Part shown: in pieces, positions 18,979-31,656 of the stretch | How the letters are laid out: the number at the start of each line of letters is the position of its first letter | Position numbering within the stretch: the stretch's first letter is position 1 | From: Bacilli bacterium | Lineage (GTDB): Bacteria > Bacillota_I > Bacilli_A > RFN20 > CAG-826 | DNA length: 64,000 bases | Direction of reading: 5' to 3' | NCBI GenBank assembly: GCA_024408235.1 | Contig: JAKSVF010000001.1 | Coordinates: forward strand, 29,417-93,416 | Notes under the pieces: model-generated | Seen by the model: only the letters and a program-made list of their open reading frames with translations | Databases searched by the model: none | What the model was told of the DNA's origin: nothing | Program-made: the position numbers and the translations under genes

Positions 18979-19233
18979 ATGGCAAGTGTGGAATTAGGTT
19001 TAGTAGCCATCGGCGCAGGTATCGCCGTTGGTATGGGTGCCTTATCATCAATTGGTGAAGGCCTCATCTGTGCTAAGGCACTCGAGGGTATGGCAAGAAA
19101 CCCTGAAATGCAGAAGAAGCTTCAGTCAACAATGATCTTGGCTGTTGCATTAGACGAATCAACAGCTATTTATGCTCTTATCGTCGCTATCCTTCTCATC
19201 TTCGTCTTCCCAGGATTGGCTGCAGGACTTTAA
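18979..19233 (+). CDS. atpE: F0 ATP synthase subunit c
   Basis: 84-aa two-helix hairpin with a conserved Glu in the second helix (DESTAIYAL). GGAGG RBS. Confidence 0.92.
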   Translation: MASVELGLVAIGAGIAVGMGALSSIGEGLICAKALEGMARNPEMQKKLQSTMILAVALDESTAIYALIVAILLIFVFPGLAAGL

Positions 19234-19239
19234 TCGACT

Positions 19240-19794
19240 ATGGAAGCTATCGTTAGATTAACAACAGTTCTAGCGGATGCTCCTTTCAGTTCTGAAGATT
19301 TCATTAAGAAGCTCGTCCCTAATGGCTGGAGCTTACTCATCAATCTTCTTGCGCTGTTGGTTACTTTTACTGTGCTTTATTTCTTGGCTTATAAGCCAAT
19401 AAAGAAGTACTTGAAGGCAAGACAGGACGCAATCAAAGCGAACATTGATGAAGCAGAGGAAGCCAAACGAGTTGCGCAATCAACAATCATCAATCGTGAC
19501 GCTATCATTCAAGAAGCTAATGAACAGGCTGTAGCCATCATTAGCAAAGCTAAAGATGATGGTGAAAAGAGACGTCAGGAGATTGTTAAGGCTGCTGAAG
19601 ATGAGGCAGCAAAGAAACTTGAACAGGCTAGAGAGTCTATCAAGCAGGAAGAGATTGCCTCACGTGAAGCCATCAAGAAGGAGATCGTTGATGTCGCCAT
19701 GGATATTTCCCAGGCTGTTTTGCCACGTGAAATTTCCGATGAGGACAACAAGCGCCTTTTGGATGAGCTTACAAATCAATTAGAAGAGAAATAA
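19240..19794 (+). CDS. atpF: F0 ATP synthase subunit b
   Basis: N-terminal TM segment followed by a long charged coiled coil. Position in the operon. Confidence 0.85.
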   Translation: MEAIVRLTTVLADAPFSSEDFIKKLVPNGWSLLINLLALLVTFTVLYFLAYKPIKKYLKARQDAIKANIDEAEEAKRVAQSTIINRDAIIQEANEQAVAIISKAKDDGEKRRQEIVKAAEDEAAKKLEQARESIKQEEIASREAIKKEIVDVAMDISQAVLPREISDEDNKRLLDELTNQLEEK

Positions 19795-19797
19795 TTT

Positions 19798-20346
19798 ATG
19801 AATAAGGACCGCTACGCAAACTACGCACAAGCATTGTTATCCTTTGCAAAAGAGGAGAATGATGTTCAGGGCTATAAGAATGATGTCCTCTATGTTTCAA
19901 ATGTTCTCGACGAGAACAAGGAACTAGTGGAGTTTTTGTCATCCATGAGCGTATCGGAAACCGGCATAAACTCAGTTATTGATAGCGTCTTCGGAAATCT
20001 GAAGAGTAAGCATCTTTGCTCGTTCTTAAAACTCCTTTCCGCAAAGCATATATCTCGTCATTATGACAAGATATTCTCGGCATTCATCTCGCTAAGCAAT
20101 GCCGAACTAGGCGTTAAGGAAGGAATCATCTATTCAGTGGATGAGATGTCAAGCGATGACATCAAGAAAATTGAAGAATCGCTATCAAAGAGATTGGAAT
20201 CAAAAGTCTATCTCGAAAACCGTATCGATCACGATTTGATCGGCGGATACAAAATCAGCATCGATGGAAAGGTATATGACTCTTCCGTCGTTTCAAAACT
20301 CAACCGTTTAAAAGCGGTACTCTATAAAACAGAAGGAGGCAAATAA
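19798..20346 (+). CDS. atpH: F1 ATP synthase subunit delta (OSCP)
   Basis: About 180 aa, and its position between atpF and atpA. Confidence 0.8.
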   Translation: MNKDRYANYAQALLSFAKEENDVQGYKNDVLYVSNVLDENKELVEFLSSMSVSETGINSVIDSVFGNLKSKHLCSFLKLLSAKHISRHYDKIFSAFISLSNAELGVKEGIIYSVDEMSSDDIKKIEESLSKRLESKVYLENRIDHDLIGGYKISIDGKVYDSSVVSKLNRLKAVLYKTEGGK

Positions 20347-21875
20347 TGAGCAACAGAACCTCTGATATCTCAGCTCTCATCAAGGAGCAAATCAAAAAGT
20401 ATTCAGGCGAAGTAGTCGAGGAAAATGCGGTTGGTACCGTTATTTCCGTAGGTGACGGAATCGCAACTGTTTACGGTTTAAAGGGCGCTATGCTCTCTGA
20501 ATTACTCGAATTCCCTAATGACATTTATGGTATGGTCATGAATCTTAACGTCGATAACGTTGGCGTTGTTCTTCTTGGCTCAGACCGTTTAATTAAGGAA
20601 GGCGACTTGGTCAAAGAAACCGGTAAGGTTGTCGAAGTTCCTGTCGGTGATGGAATGCTCGGAAGAGTTATTTCACCTTTAGGCCAGCCTTTAGATAATT
20701 TAGGCCCAATCGAATACTCAAAAACTAGACCAATTGAAAGAATCGCTCCAGGTGTTATGACCCGTAAATCGGTCAATACTCCTATGGAAACAGGAATCAA
20801 GGCAATTGACTCCATGATCCCTATTGGACGTGGACAGCGTGAGCTCATCATCGGTGACCGTCAGACTGGAAAAACCTCCATTGCAATCGACACGATCATC
20901 AACCAGAAGGGCAAAAATGTTAAATGCGTCTATGTCGCAATCGGACAGAAGAATTCTTCAGTTGCTTCCTTGACTAATAAATTAAAAGAAAAAGGCTGTT
21001 TAGATTACTGCGTTATCGTTAACGCTTCGGCATCTGAACCAGCACCTCAGCAGTATATCGCTCCATTCGCAGGCATGGCTATTGCGGAAGAATGGATGGA
21101 GCAGGGACAGGATGTCTTAATCGTATTTGACGATTTATCAAAACACGCTGTCGCTTATCGTACTTTGTCGCTTCTTTTAAGAAGAGCGCCAGGACGTGAG
21201 GCTTATCCAGGTGACATCTTCTATCTCCATTCAAGACTCTTGGAGAGAGCTTGCAAACTTAATGCTAAATATGGTGGTGGTTCAATCACCGCTCTCCCTA
21301 TCATCGAGACTCAGGCGGGCGACATCTCTGCCTATATTCCAACTAACGTCATTTCCATCACTGATGGCCAAATATTCTTAGTTACAGACTTCTTTGCATC
21401 AGGTCAAAGACCAGCGGTCGATTCTGGTTTCTCCGTTTCGCGTGTTGGCTCTGCAGCCCAGTACAAATGCATGAAACAAGTATCCTCTTCCTTAAAGATT
21501 GAGCTTGCAAACTATAGAGAAAATCTCTCATTCAGCCAGTTTGGCAGCGATCTTGATGCGGAGACAAAGAGAATTCTTAATCACGGTGCTATTGTCACCG
21601 AATCACTCAAGCAGAAGAACAATTCTCCTCTTGCTTTCTATGAAGAGGTCATTGATTTATTTGCAGTTAAAAACAGATATTTAGACGACCTTGATCTTAA
21701 GGCAGTCAACCCATTCCTCACCGCTTTAAGAGAAGAAATCATGACTTCTCATAACGACATCGTTGAGGAATTAAAAGAGAAGAAGATTTTCTCTAAAGAA
21801 TTAGAAGCTAAACTCTCAAACGCCATTGCATCATTCAAGAATGATAAGTGGCCTTCGATCTCAACTACAAAATAA
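20346..21875 (+). CDS. atpA: F1 ATP synthase subunit alpha
   Basis: GDRQTGKT Walker A and a full-length alpha-subunit signature. Confidence 0.95.
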   Translation: MSNRTSDISALIKEQIKKYSGEVVEENAVGTVISVGDGIATVYGLKGAMLSELLEFPNDIYGMVMNLNVDNVGVVLLGSDRLIKEGDLVKETGKVVEVPVGDGMLGRVISPLGQPLDNLGPIEYSKTRPIERIAPGVMTRKSVNTPMETGIKAIDSMIPIGRGQRELIIGDRQTGKTSIAIDTIINQKGKNVKCVYVAIGQKNSSVASLTNKLKEKGCLDYCVIVNASASEPAPQQYIAPFAGMAIAEEWMEQGQDVLIVFDDLSKHAVAYRTLSLLLRRAPGREAYPGDIFYLHSRLLERACKLNAKYGGGSITALPIIETQAGDISAYIPTNVISITDGQIFLVTDFFASGQRPAVDSGFSVSRVGSAAQYKCMKQVSSSLKIELANYRENLSFSQFGSDLDAETKRILNHGAIVTESLKQKNNSPLAFYEEVIDLFAVKNRYLDDLDLKAVNPFLTALREEIMTSHNDIVEELKEKKIFSKELEAKLSNAIASFKNDKWPSISTTK

Positions 21876-21887
21876 TAAGGATTTCTA

Positions 21888-24165
<2,278 letters not shown>

Positions 24166-24166
<1 letters not shown>

Positions 24167-24471
24167 TGAGTGAGAAGATAGTTCTTACAATATTATCTGC
24201 CAAGGGCCTCGTTTTCGAAGGCGAAGTGGATGAGTGTTATGTTCCTACTAACACTGGTCCCGTCGGCATATTAAGGGGTCACACTCCGTATATTGCATCG
24301 CTTAAAAACGTTGGCATTTTGAAATTCACATCTCGCAGTGTGAAATCTTTCTACGTTATCAAACAAGGCGCTGTCGAGATGAAAGGTGAAAGGCTTTTAA
24401 TAATCACCACCGAAGCAATTTGCGCTAAATCTTTAGCAGATGCTGAAAAAATTATTGAAGATTTTAAATAA
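24166..24471 (+). CDS. atpC: F1 ATP synthase subunit epsilon (short form, 101 aa)
   Basis: Position after atpD with an ATGA overlap; N-terminal beta-sandwich-like sequence. Confidence 0.75.
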
Positions 24472-24488
24472 TATAGGATTATTACGGC

Positions 24489-25712
24489 ATGAATTTCATT
24501 TATATCTCGCCTAATTTTCCAGAAAGATACTTCCAATTCGTGAAAGAACTCCGTGCTAGGGGCATGAATGTTCTTTGCATTGGTGACACACCATACACAG
24601 CTTTATTGCCTGAATTGAAGGAGTCAGCAACCGAATATTACTGGCTTCCTACCCTCAGTGACTATGAAGCTGTTTTAAATGCATGCCGTTTCTTCGAAAA
24701 GAAGTATGGCAAAATCGACTACCTCGAGTCCAATAACGAGTGGTGGCTAACGCAGGATGCTCGTTTGAGAAAAGATTTAGGAATCACAACCGGTCTTTTG
24801 CCAGAGGACATGAACGCCATTAAAGCTAAATCAGCCATGAAACAGGCATTCTCTCGCGCAGGCGTTAAAACAATGCGTTACGTGTTGGTGGATGGGCCAA
24901 AAGACCTTGAAAAGGCTAAAAAGTTCGTTGAAGAAGTGGGTTATCCTGTCTTCGTTAAGCCTGATGTCGGTGTTGGCGCTTCTGATTCATATTCCATAAA
25001 AACAGAAGAGAGGCTTCTTGAATTCCTTTCAAAGGAACTCCCTGAGACATATATCATGGAAGAATATATCGATGGTTCGATCGTGTCGTTTGATGGATGT
25101 TGCGATTCTAATTCTAATGTCGTTTTCTGCTGCACCGATCATTTCCCTGTCGCAGTCGCAATAACGGTTAATGAGAATCTTGATAACTTCTATTGGAACA
25201 CGCCATTTGAACTCCCGATGCAGGATGTTGATCCTGTCGCATTCGAAAAGGCTGGAAGAGCAGTTGTTAAATCATTTGGAATTAAGAAACGTTTGTTCCA
25301 CATCGAGTTCTTCGTTCTTAAATCTGATAGGCCTGGACTTGCGAAGAAAGGCGAGTTTATTGCTTTAGAATGCAATATGCGCTGCCCGGGAGGTAACACA
25401 CCTGACCTCATGAATTACGCTAATTCAGTTTCGTTGCACGCTATATATGCAGATGTTATTGCGTATGATGAAAATAGACAGGCGATGAACCTTGAGAAGT
25501 ACTACGCTTTTGCGGTCAGCAGAAAAGATTGCATGAAATACGCGCATTCGCATGAAGATATTTGCAACCTCTTCAAATCTCAATTGATGGTTTCTGGCAG
25601 ATATCCACACGGCATCTCTGAGGTCATGGGCGACCAATACTACTATGGCAAATTTAAAACGTACGAGGAAGGTTTGAAATTCCAGTCGTACGTTCAAGAA
25701 TATTTATCCTAA
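24489..25712 (+). CDS. ATP-grasp domain protein of unknown specificity, appended to the atp operon
   Basis: Central region VKPDVGVGASDSYSI and the EEYIDGSIVSFDG segment, typical of ATP-grasp nucleotide-binding and catalytic loops. Only 17 nt separate it from atpC, with no terminator. Confidence 0.55.
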   Translation: MNFIYISPNFPERYFQFVKELRARGMNVLCIGDTPYTALLPELKESATEYYWLPTLSDYEAVLNACRFFEKKYGKIDYLESNNEWWLTQDARLRKDLGITTGLLPEDMNAIKAKSAMKQAFSRAGVKTMRYVLVDGPKDLEKAKKFVEEVGYPVFVKPDVGVGASDSYSIKTEERLLEFLSKELPETYIMEEYIDGSIVSFDGCCDSNSNVVFCCTDHFPVAVAITVNENLDNFYWNTPFELPMQDVDPVAFEKAGRAVVKSFGIKKRLFHIEFFVLKSDRPGLAKKGEFIALECNMRCPGGNTPDLMNYANSVSLHAIYADVIAYDENRQAMNLEKYYAFAVSRKDCMKYAHSHEDICNLFKSQLMVSGRYPHGISEVMGDQYYYGKFKTYEEGLKFQSYVQEYLS

Positions 25713-26537
25713 TTACTTGTAGCCCTTAATAAGCGATCTAGCAGCGTCTAGGTCGTTTTTTACATTAACAGTGCCGTCTTCACATATCAGTAGAGGTTCG
25801 TATTCATTTAAAGAATATGCATCGAGAACTGATTGTTTGTTCGAATCGTCTAGCAAATCGAAATCAATGATGTCGACCCTCTTTTTTGATTTTTTGATTT
25901 CTGGGTATAACTCATTTTTATAGAAGTCAACTGAATCGTTATTGGTCGAATCTAATAAGTACTTAAGTGTTTTCTCATCTGTTATTGAGAAGGTTCTTGT
26001 GTGATATATCTCTGTAAGGGTAACGAATCTTTTGACTTCAACAGAGAGCCTAGAATATGAAACCGCTCCACCGACTATTTCAAAGGCTTTTTCAGAGTTT
26101 AGTCCAAGAACAGAAGGAGTTGCTGCGGAGATTAGCTCTTCATCTCCCTCAGCATATCCATAATACTCGTTCAAAGCGTCAACTTGTTTATGATATTCCT
26201 GGTACGTCTCATATGTTTTACCAGTATTCTCTATTACTCCGTACGCGATTGAGTTGGCTTTGCAGAAACCAACAAAAGTGTCTTTGAATCTAATGCAATG
26301 ACCACATGTCGTTTGCGTTAAGACAACTAGCATCCCAATACCCAAATCAAGTTGAGGTTTAATCTCGTCCCAGTTTTTGTAGTAGGCGTGATTGGAATAC
26401 GCAAGAGTGTCGTCTTCAAACGAAAGATTTACTTCCTCGGTCCTATCGACAAAAAAAGTTTTGCTGCCAACCCCATCTCCGCACGAGGTAAGGAGCAATG
26501 GCAAAATAGAAATCTCTAAGACAACTCTTTTTTTCAT
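25713..26537 (-). CDS. Lipoprotein with a thioredoxin-like CxxC motif (putative extracytoplasmic thiol:disulfide oxidoreductase)
   Basis: Signal peptide with lipobox LLTSC. TCGHC redox motif about 60 aa after the lipid-modified Cys. Its stop codon abuts the ATP-grasp gene stop (convergent, zero spacer). Confidence 0.6.
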   Translation of the reverse strand: MKKRVVLEISILPLLLTSCGDGVGSKTFFVDRTEEVNLSFEDDTLAYSNHAYYKNWDEIKPQLDLGIGMLVVLTQTTCGHCIRFKDTFVGFCKANSIAYGVIENTGKTYETYQEYHKQVDALNEYYGYAEGDEELISAATPSVLGLNSEKAFEIVGGAVSYSRLSVEVKRFVTLTEIYHTRTFSITDEKTLKYLLDSTNNDSVDFYKNELYPEIKKSKKRVDIIDFDLLDDSNKQSVLDAYSLNEYEPLLICEDGTVNVKNDLDAARSLIKGYK

Positions 26538-26613
26538 ACTATTAATATATCAGCATTTAACATTTCTAACTACATTCGTTAAAAAATGATAAAGTAATGG
26601 GGAGGTATTACAT

Positions 26614-27168
26614 ATGGCAAATATGCACGTTATATGGCACTCAGTGTCAAAAGACAGGATTAAACCTGAAAGATTTTTAGCATGTATTGAAATCAGTGCT
26701 GGATCAAAGAATAAATATGAACTTGATAAAGAGTCGGGTATGTTGATTCTCGACAGAATCCTTTACACATCGACCCATTATCCGCAGAACTACGGATTCA
26801 TTCCTCGCACCTTATCTGAAGACGGTGACCCATTAGACGTATTGGTTCTATGTTCTGAGCCTATCCTTCCAATGGCCACAACCATATGTTATCCAATTGG
26901 GCTTCTTGAAATGATAGATGGTGGAAAACTCGATGAGAAAGTTATCGCCGTATGCGCTCACGATCCACTGTATAGAGGATATAAAGATATAACAGAGCTT
27001 CCTATTCATATCACAGAAGAAATCCAACATTTCTTTAGAGTCTATAAGGACCTTGAACATGGTAAGTTCACCGATGTTGGAGAAATGAAGGGAAGACAGG
27101 CCGCCATCGATGCGATTATAAAAGATTGCAAAGCTTATGATGAGGCGTTTCCAAATAACACAAAATAA
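26614..27168 (+). CDS. ppa: Inorganic pyrophosphatase, family I
   Basis: Conserved acidic metal-binding residues in the [13 protein letters not shown] and [10 protein letters not shown] segments. GGGGAGG RBS. Confidence 0.88.
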   Translation: MANMHVIWHSVSKDRIKPERFLACIEISAGSKNKYELDKESGMLILDRILYTSTHYPQNYGFIPRTLSEDGDPLDVLVLCSEPILPMATTICYPIGLLEMIDGGKLDEKVIAVCAHDPLYRGYKDITELPIHITEEIQHFFRVYKDLEHGKFTDVGEMKGRQAAIDAIIKDCKAYDEAFPNNTK

Positions 27169-27233
27169 TAAATAGGCTGAAACAGTGAACTAAATGGGGT
27201 TCAGTTCATAGATCAGCCATTTTTATTTTAAAA

Positions 27234-28649
27234 CTATTTTCCTATATCCATTCTGACAGCGGACTTTAGTAAATCTTTAGTATGTTTTGATATATTATCA
27301 ATCCTAATTGATTCAAATTGTTTTACTATAGCTTGTCCAGAAACATTTCCTTTGCGAACGTTGCGGCGGAAAGTGTACATGACTTCACCATCTTCTCGAT
27401 GTGAATTCAATAGCGCAATCTCGGCAGCTACACGTATCTCCTCTTCACTTGCATCATCCTTTTTAATGACGACATGCGAGCCAGAATCTCCCATGATGTG
27501 AAGCCACATATGATTCTTGCTTGTGCCAAATAAGAATGTTAGGCAGTCATTCTGCTTGGATGTTTTTCCAAATAGAATTCTTGTCCCCTTGTAATCGACT
27601 TGATATGGGAGTGTAGCTAACGAAAGCGAATCAAAAGTGTCTTTTCTCTTTTTATTTGTTTTCTTTCCAAGGCCTAAATCCTTTTCAAGAATTTCAAGTC
27701 CTTCTTCATCGGCGGCCAAAACTTGTTTGAGAGCAGAAGCGACGTTTTCTAACTCCTCCTCGGTCTTAAGAATGTTTTCTTCACCGTATGCGATTGTCTG
27801 TTTTGCCTTCTTCGCGTTTTTATAATACTTTTCTGCATTCTTAGGGAGAGATTTCAAAGGATCTAATTTAATGAGTTCACCTTCGTATACAAATGATTTG
27901 GCGCCATCCTTTATGTCGCTGTAGCAGATGTATATGGCGTCTCCAAATCGAGCGTCATCTAAATGCGTCTTAGCTTCCTCGATTTCTTTCTGAAGAACGA
28001 CGATCTTTTTGGCTAAAGATTTTTCTTTTGCCTTAAGAGTTGTAATAATGTGGCCAAAGCGATCTTTTTTTCTTCTTGCAGAAATCTCTATTTCCTTATC
28101 AAGACAGTGTTTCAAATATTCGTTTGGGTCAAATCCATTTTCCTCATGCTGGAAATTACCTTTTGGAGGGTAGGAGTATGTCATACCTCTGTATAAAGGT
28201 CTTGCATCGGTAAAGTCTCCTGGTCTATATGAAACGATGATTTTGTCATTTGCGTCCGTGACAATAAGGTTCGCATGATGAGGAATCATCTCGAAATACA
28301 TATTCCTGGATTCTTCTTTATAGACTGAGTTGATTATTGTGAGAGTGAACTTAACTATTTTATTTTTCTCGGCGCACTCCATATCGATGATATATGCATT
28401 TCCGACTTCTTTTTGAAATTGGTCAAGGAACCTAGAATCTTGCCCTCTTCCGTCTATTGAATGGGTTGCCGTGTAGAATCTTGGGTCCGCATCATCTAGA
28501 GAAATTACAAATCGATGATCGTCTTTTCCGGACAAGTGGAAGAATATGGAATTTGATGCATAGAAAAATGGATGAGAGATATGCTTATTGATAAGCTTTT
28601 CTTTCATAAATGTTACAAAGTTTTCCAAATTTTCAGCAGTAAATCTCAT
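27234..28649 (-). CDS. rqcH: RqcH / FbpA (NFACT family, Rqc2 homologue), short form of 471 aa
   Basis: NFACT-N region and the C-terminal NFACT-R motif MWLHIMGDSGSHVVIK. Central coiled coil. Confidence 0.7.
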   Translation of the reverse strand: MRFTAENLENFVTFMKEKLINKHISHPFFYASNSIFFHLSGKDDHRFVISLDDADPRFYTATHSIDGRGQDSRFLDQFQKEVGNAYIIDMECAEKNKIVKFTLTIINSVYKEESRNMYFEMIPHHANLIVTDANDKIIVSYRPGDFTDARPLYRGMTYSYPPKGNFQHEENGFDPNEYLKHCLDKEIEISARRKKDRFGHIITTLKAKEKSLAKKIVVLQKEIEEAKTHLDDARFGDAIYICYSDIKDGAKSFVYEGELIKLDPLKSLPKNAEKYYKNAKKAKQTIAYGEENILKTEEELENVASALKQVLAADEEGLEILEKDLGLGKKTNKKRKDTFDSLSLATLPYQVDYKGTRILFGKTSKQNDCLTFLFGTSKNHMWLHIMGDSGSHVVIKKDDASEEEIRVAAEIALLNSHREDGEVMYTFRRNVRKGNVSGQAIVKQFESIRIDNISKHTKDLLKSAVRMDIGK

Positions 28650-28740
28650 AACATGAACAATAATACCATTAAATGCGTTAATTAACTATTTTAGTTACTA
28701 GTCATTGTAACAAAATGAAAATATAACTATACTTTTTACA

Positions 28741-29328
28741 ATGAAACGTGGATTGTTGATTATTATGTCAGGACCTAGCGGTGTCGGGAAAGGCACAGTT
28801 AGACAGAAAGTTATGGAGGATGAGACACTCAACCTCGCATATTCCATTTCCATGACTACACGCGGTCCACGCGCTGGTGAAGAAAACGGAAGAGAGTATT
28901 TTTTCGTCACTAAAGAAGAATTTGAGAAGAACATCAAAGAGGGCAACCTCCTTGAATATAACTTCTTTGTATCCAATTATTACGGTACACCAAAGAGTTA
29001 TGTCGATCAGTTAAGGAATGAAGGAAAGAACGTTCTTTTGGAAATCGATGTCAACGGCGCTAAAACTGTCATGGCTAAGTGCAAAGAGATTGGCGACGAC
29101 GTCGTTTCATTCTTCATCCTTCCTCCATCAATGCAGGCTTTAGAAAATCGTATCAGGGGCAGAAGAAGTGAGCCTGAAGACGTCATTCAAGAAAGACTTT
29201 CCAAGGCAGCAGCCGAAATTGACCAATCATCTAATTACAAATATCCGGTTGTTAATGACAACCTTGAAGAAACGGCTAAACTTATCCGCGATATCATTGT
29301 AAAAGAAAGTAACAAAAATTCTGATTAG
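28741..29328 (+). CDS. gmk: Guanylate kinase
   Basis: SGPSGVGKGT P-loop and a GMP-binding region (YSISMTTR). Confidence 0.92.
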   Translation: MKRGLLIIMSGPSGVGKGTVRQKVMEDETLNLAYSISMTTRGPRAGEENGREYFFVTKEEFEKNIKEGNLLEYNFFVSNYYGTPKSYVDQLRNEGKNVLLEIDVNGAKTVMAKCKEIGDDVVSFFILPPSMQALENRIRGRRSEPEDVIQERLSKAAAEIDQSSNYKYPVVNDNLEETAKLIRDIIVKESNKNSD

Positions 29329-29361
29329 TTAATATGCTCAACATAGTTGTATAATTGAATT

Positions 29362-31563
29362 ATGCAATTAGTGAGCGTCTTAACACAGTATGGAGCTCGT
29401 GCATTAGCGCGAACTTTTTCTTATGTGTACTTTGGCAAGAAAAAAGTTGCTGAGCGTTTTAGAGTAAGAATCAACTTTAACGGTAAAGAAATCATGGGCT
29501 TTGTAACAGAAGTTCAGGTTGTCGATAAAACCCAAAATGAGCTTGAACAGGAGTGCGGATACGCAATAAAAGAGATTTACGAGTCAGACATCATTGATGA
29601 GGAACCTCTTATTAATGATGAATTGATGGAACTCGCCAATCAGGTTGCCGATTATTACATGGCGCCTCTTATCTCTGTTCTTCAGGCAATGCTCCCAAAG
29701 ACATTATCGCCAAAGATGTCATCATTGAAGGGTCCTAAAATCGCATATGAGAAGTGGGCCAAGGTTATAGATCAAAATGAAGACGGCCTTACACCAAAAC
29801 AAATAGAAATGTTGAGGCTCATCGCATCGAATGGTGATGTTCTCAAGAAAGAGTGCGGATCACCTGCGATTCTTAAAGCGTTAGAAGATAAGAAGAAAGT
29901 GCTTATTTTTAATAAGGAGAAGATGAGATTCGTTCTTCCTCCTGAAGAAAGAGAAAATCCGCATGAGATGTCTCTTGAGCAAAGAAGCGCATATGACACA
30001 ATTCTTTCTGCGCAGAAAGATGTTGTACTACTTCAGGGTGTTACTGGTTCTGGTAAAACCGAGGTATATCTTAGAGTATCGGAGAAATATCTCGAGGATG
30101 GAAAGACTGTTTTAATGCTTGTTCCCGAGATTAATCTCACCCCTCAGATGGTCGAGTATTTTTCACGCAGATTCGGGCCAAAAGTCGCGATTCTTCATAG
30201 CGAGTTGACCCCAGGGGAAAGATATGACGAATATCGTAGAATCGCGCAAGGCAAGGCTCAGATTGTTGTGGGGGCTAGAAGTGCGGTTTTCGCTCCGTTA
30301 AACAACATCGGATTAATCATCTTAGACGAAGAACACGTCGAGTCATATAAACAGGATAATTCTCCATATTACCACGCGAGAGAAGTCGCCATTATGAGAG
30401 GCAAGATCTCTAATGCAAAGGTGTTGCTTGGTTCTGCTACGCCTACTCTTGAGACAAAAGCTCGCGCTATGAGAGGCGTCTATGGTTACGCTGAGATGAA
30501 AAATAGAGTCAATAAGCGTCCTCTTCCTAAGACTCAGATCATAGATTTATGCAATAGATTTAACTACGATAAAAAATCCGAAAAGATCACAAAGCCTGTT
30601 TTACAGGCTATCCAAGAAAGAATCGGAAGAAAAGAACAGTCATTACTTCTCATCAACAGACGTGGATACTGGACCGCCATAAATTGTCCTCAATGCGGAT
30701 ACATTTTCGCTTGCCCTCAATGCGGAGGCAATCTTACATACCATGTTCACGACCACATGCTCAAATGCCATCACTGCGGTGAAGTCCAGATTCATCCTGA
30801 CAAATGTCCTGGCTGTGGTTATACCAAATTAAGAAGAGTTGGATATGGGACGGAACGAATTGTTGAGGAACTTAAAGAGATTATTCCAGGTTGTAGAGTG
30901 GCAAGAATGGATTCTGATGTCAGCCAAGTTTCCAAAAAAATGGAAGAGACTTTGAAGGCATTTAGAAACGGTGAATACGATATCCTTGTCGGAACTCAAA
31001 TGATTGCAAAAGGACATGACTTCCCTAACGTCACGCTATCAAGTGTTGTTATGGCAGATATCGGATTATCTCTGCCTACATATCGCGCGGCGGAGAGAAC
31101 CTTCCAGCTGATCGCGCAGGCTGTTGGAAGAAGTGGTCGCTCATCAAAAGAAGGTGTCGCTTTCATACAGACTTATAACCCTAAACATTATGCCATAACT
31201 CTCGGTGCTACCCAGGATTTTGAAAGATTTTTCATTCGCGAAATGAATGAGAGAAAGCTTACCCAATACCCTCCATATGTCTATTTAATCCTACTTGAAT
31301 TCGCTTCTGCTAATGAAGAAAAATGCGTAAATGCAGCTTATGACATTAAGACAGCTCTAGAGGATAAAAACCTCGACACATTGACGGTTGTTGGACCGAT
31401 TACCCCGTTCTATTCGATGATAGCAGGAAAACATAAGAGAGTCGTTCTTCTAAAAATGAAGAAACGCGAACCTGTTGTCGAGGCCTTAAAAGACCTTTTA
31501 TCATCGCCTATTTCTTCAGGCTCCGTCGACATTTCAATCAACGTTGACCCATTAGATTATTAA
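29362..31563 (+). CDS. priA: Primosomal protein N' (replication restart helicase PriA)
   Basis: GVTGSGKTEVYL Walker A, DEEH box, and a Cys-rich zinc region CPQCGYIFACPQCG...CHHCG...CPGCG. Confidence 0.93.
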   Translation: MQLVSVLTQYGARALARTFSYVYFGKKKVAERFRVRINFNGKEIMGFVTEVQVVDKTQNELEQECGYAIKEIYESDIIDEEPLINDELMELANQVADYYMAPLISVLQAMLPKTLSPKMSSLKGPKIAYEKWAKVIDQNEDGLTPKQIEMLRLIASNGDVLKKECGSPAILKALEDKKKVLIFNKEKMRFVLPPEERENPHEMSLEQRSAYDTILSAQKDVVLLQGVTGSGKTEVYLRVSEKYLEDGKTVLMLVPEINLTPQMVEYFSRRFGPKVAILHSELTPGERYDEYRRIAQGKAQIVVGARSAVFAPLNNIGLIILDEEHVESYKQDNSPYYHAREVAIMRGKISNAKVLLGSATPTLETKARAMRGVYGYAEMKNRVNKRPLPKTQIIDLCNRFNYDKKSEKITKPVLQAIQERIGRKEQSLLLINRRGYWTAINCPQCGYIFACPQCGGNLTYHVHDHMLKCHHCGEVQIHPDKCPGCGYTKLRRVGYGTERIVEELKEIIPGCRVARMDSDVSQVSKKMEETLKAFRNGEYDILVGTQMIAKGHDFPNVTLSSVVMADIGLSLPTYRAAERTFQLIAQAVGRSGRSSKEGVAFIQTYNPKHYAITLGATQDFERFFIREMNERKLTQYPPYVYLILLEFASANEEKCVNAAYDIKTALEDKNLDTLTVVGPITPFYSMIAGKHKRVVLLKMKKREPVVEALKDLLSSPISSGSVDISINVDPLDY

Positions 31564-31621
31564 TACCCATTTTTGATAATTTTATCAAATTTTACTATTC
31601 CTCTATTCGTGGCATTTTTTC

Positions 31622-31639
31622 ATGTGATATAATCACATA
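31622..31639 (+). promoter_or_regulatory. Extended -10 promoter (TGaTATAAT at 31625-31633) embedded in an inverted repeat ATGTGAT-ata-ATCACAT
   Basis: TG plus a TATAAT hexamer lies between 7-bp inverted arms; GAGGA RBS and the ATG at 31657 lie downstream. Confidence 0.4.
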
Positions 31640-31656
31640 TGAATCGAGGATTCAAT

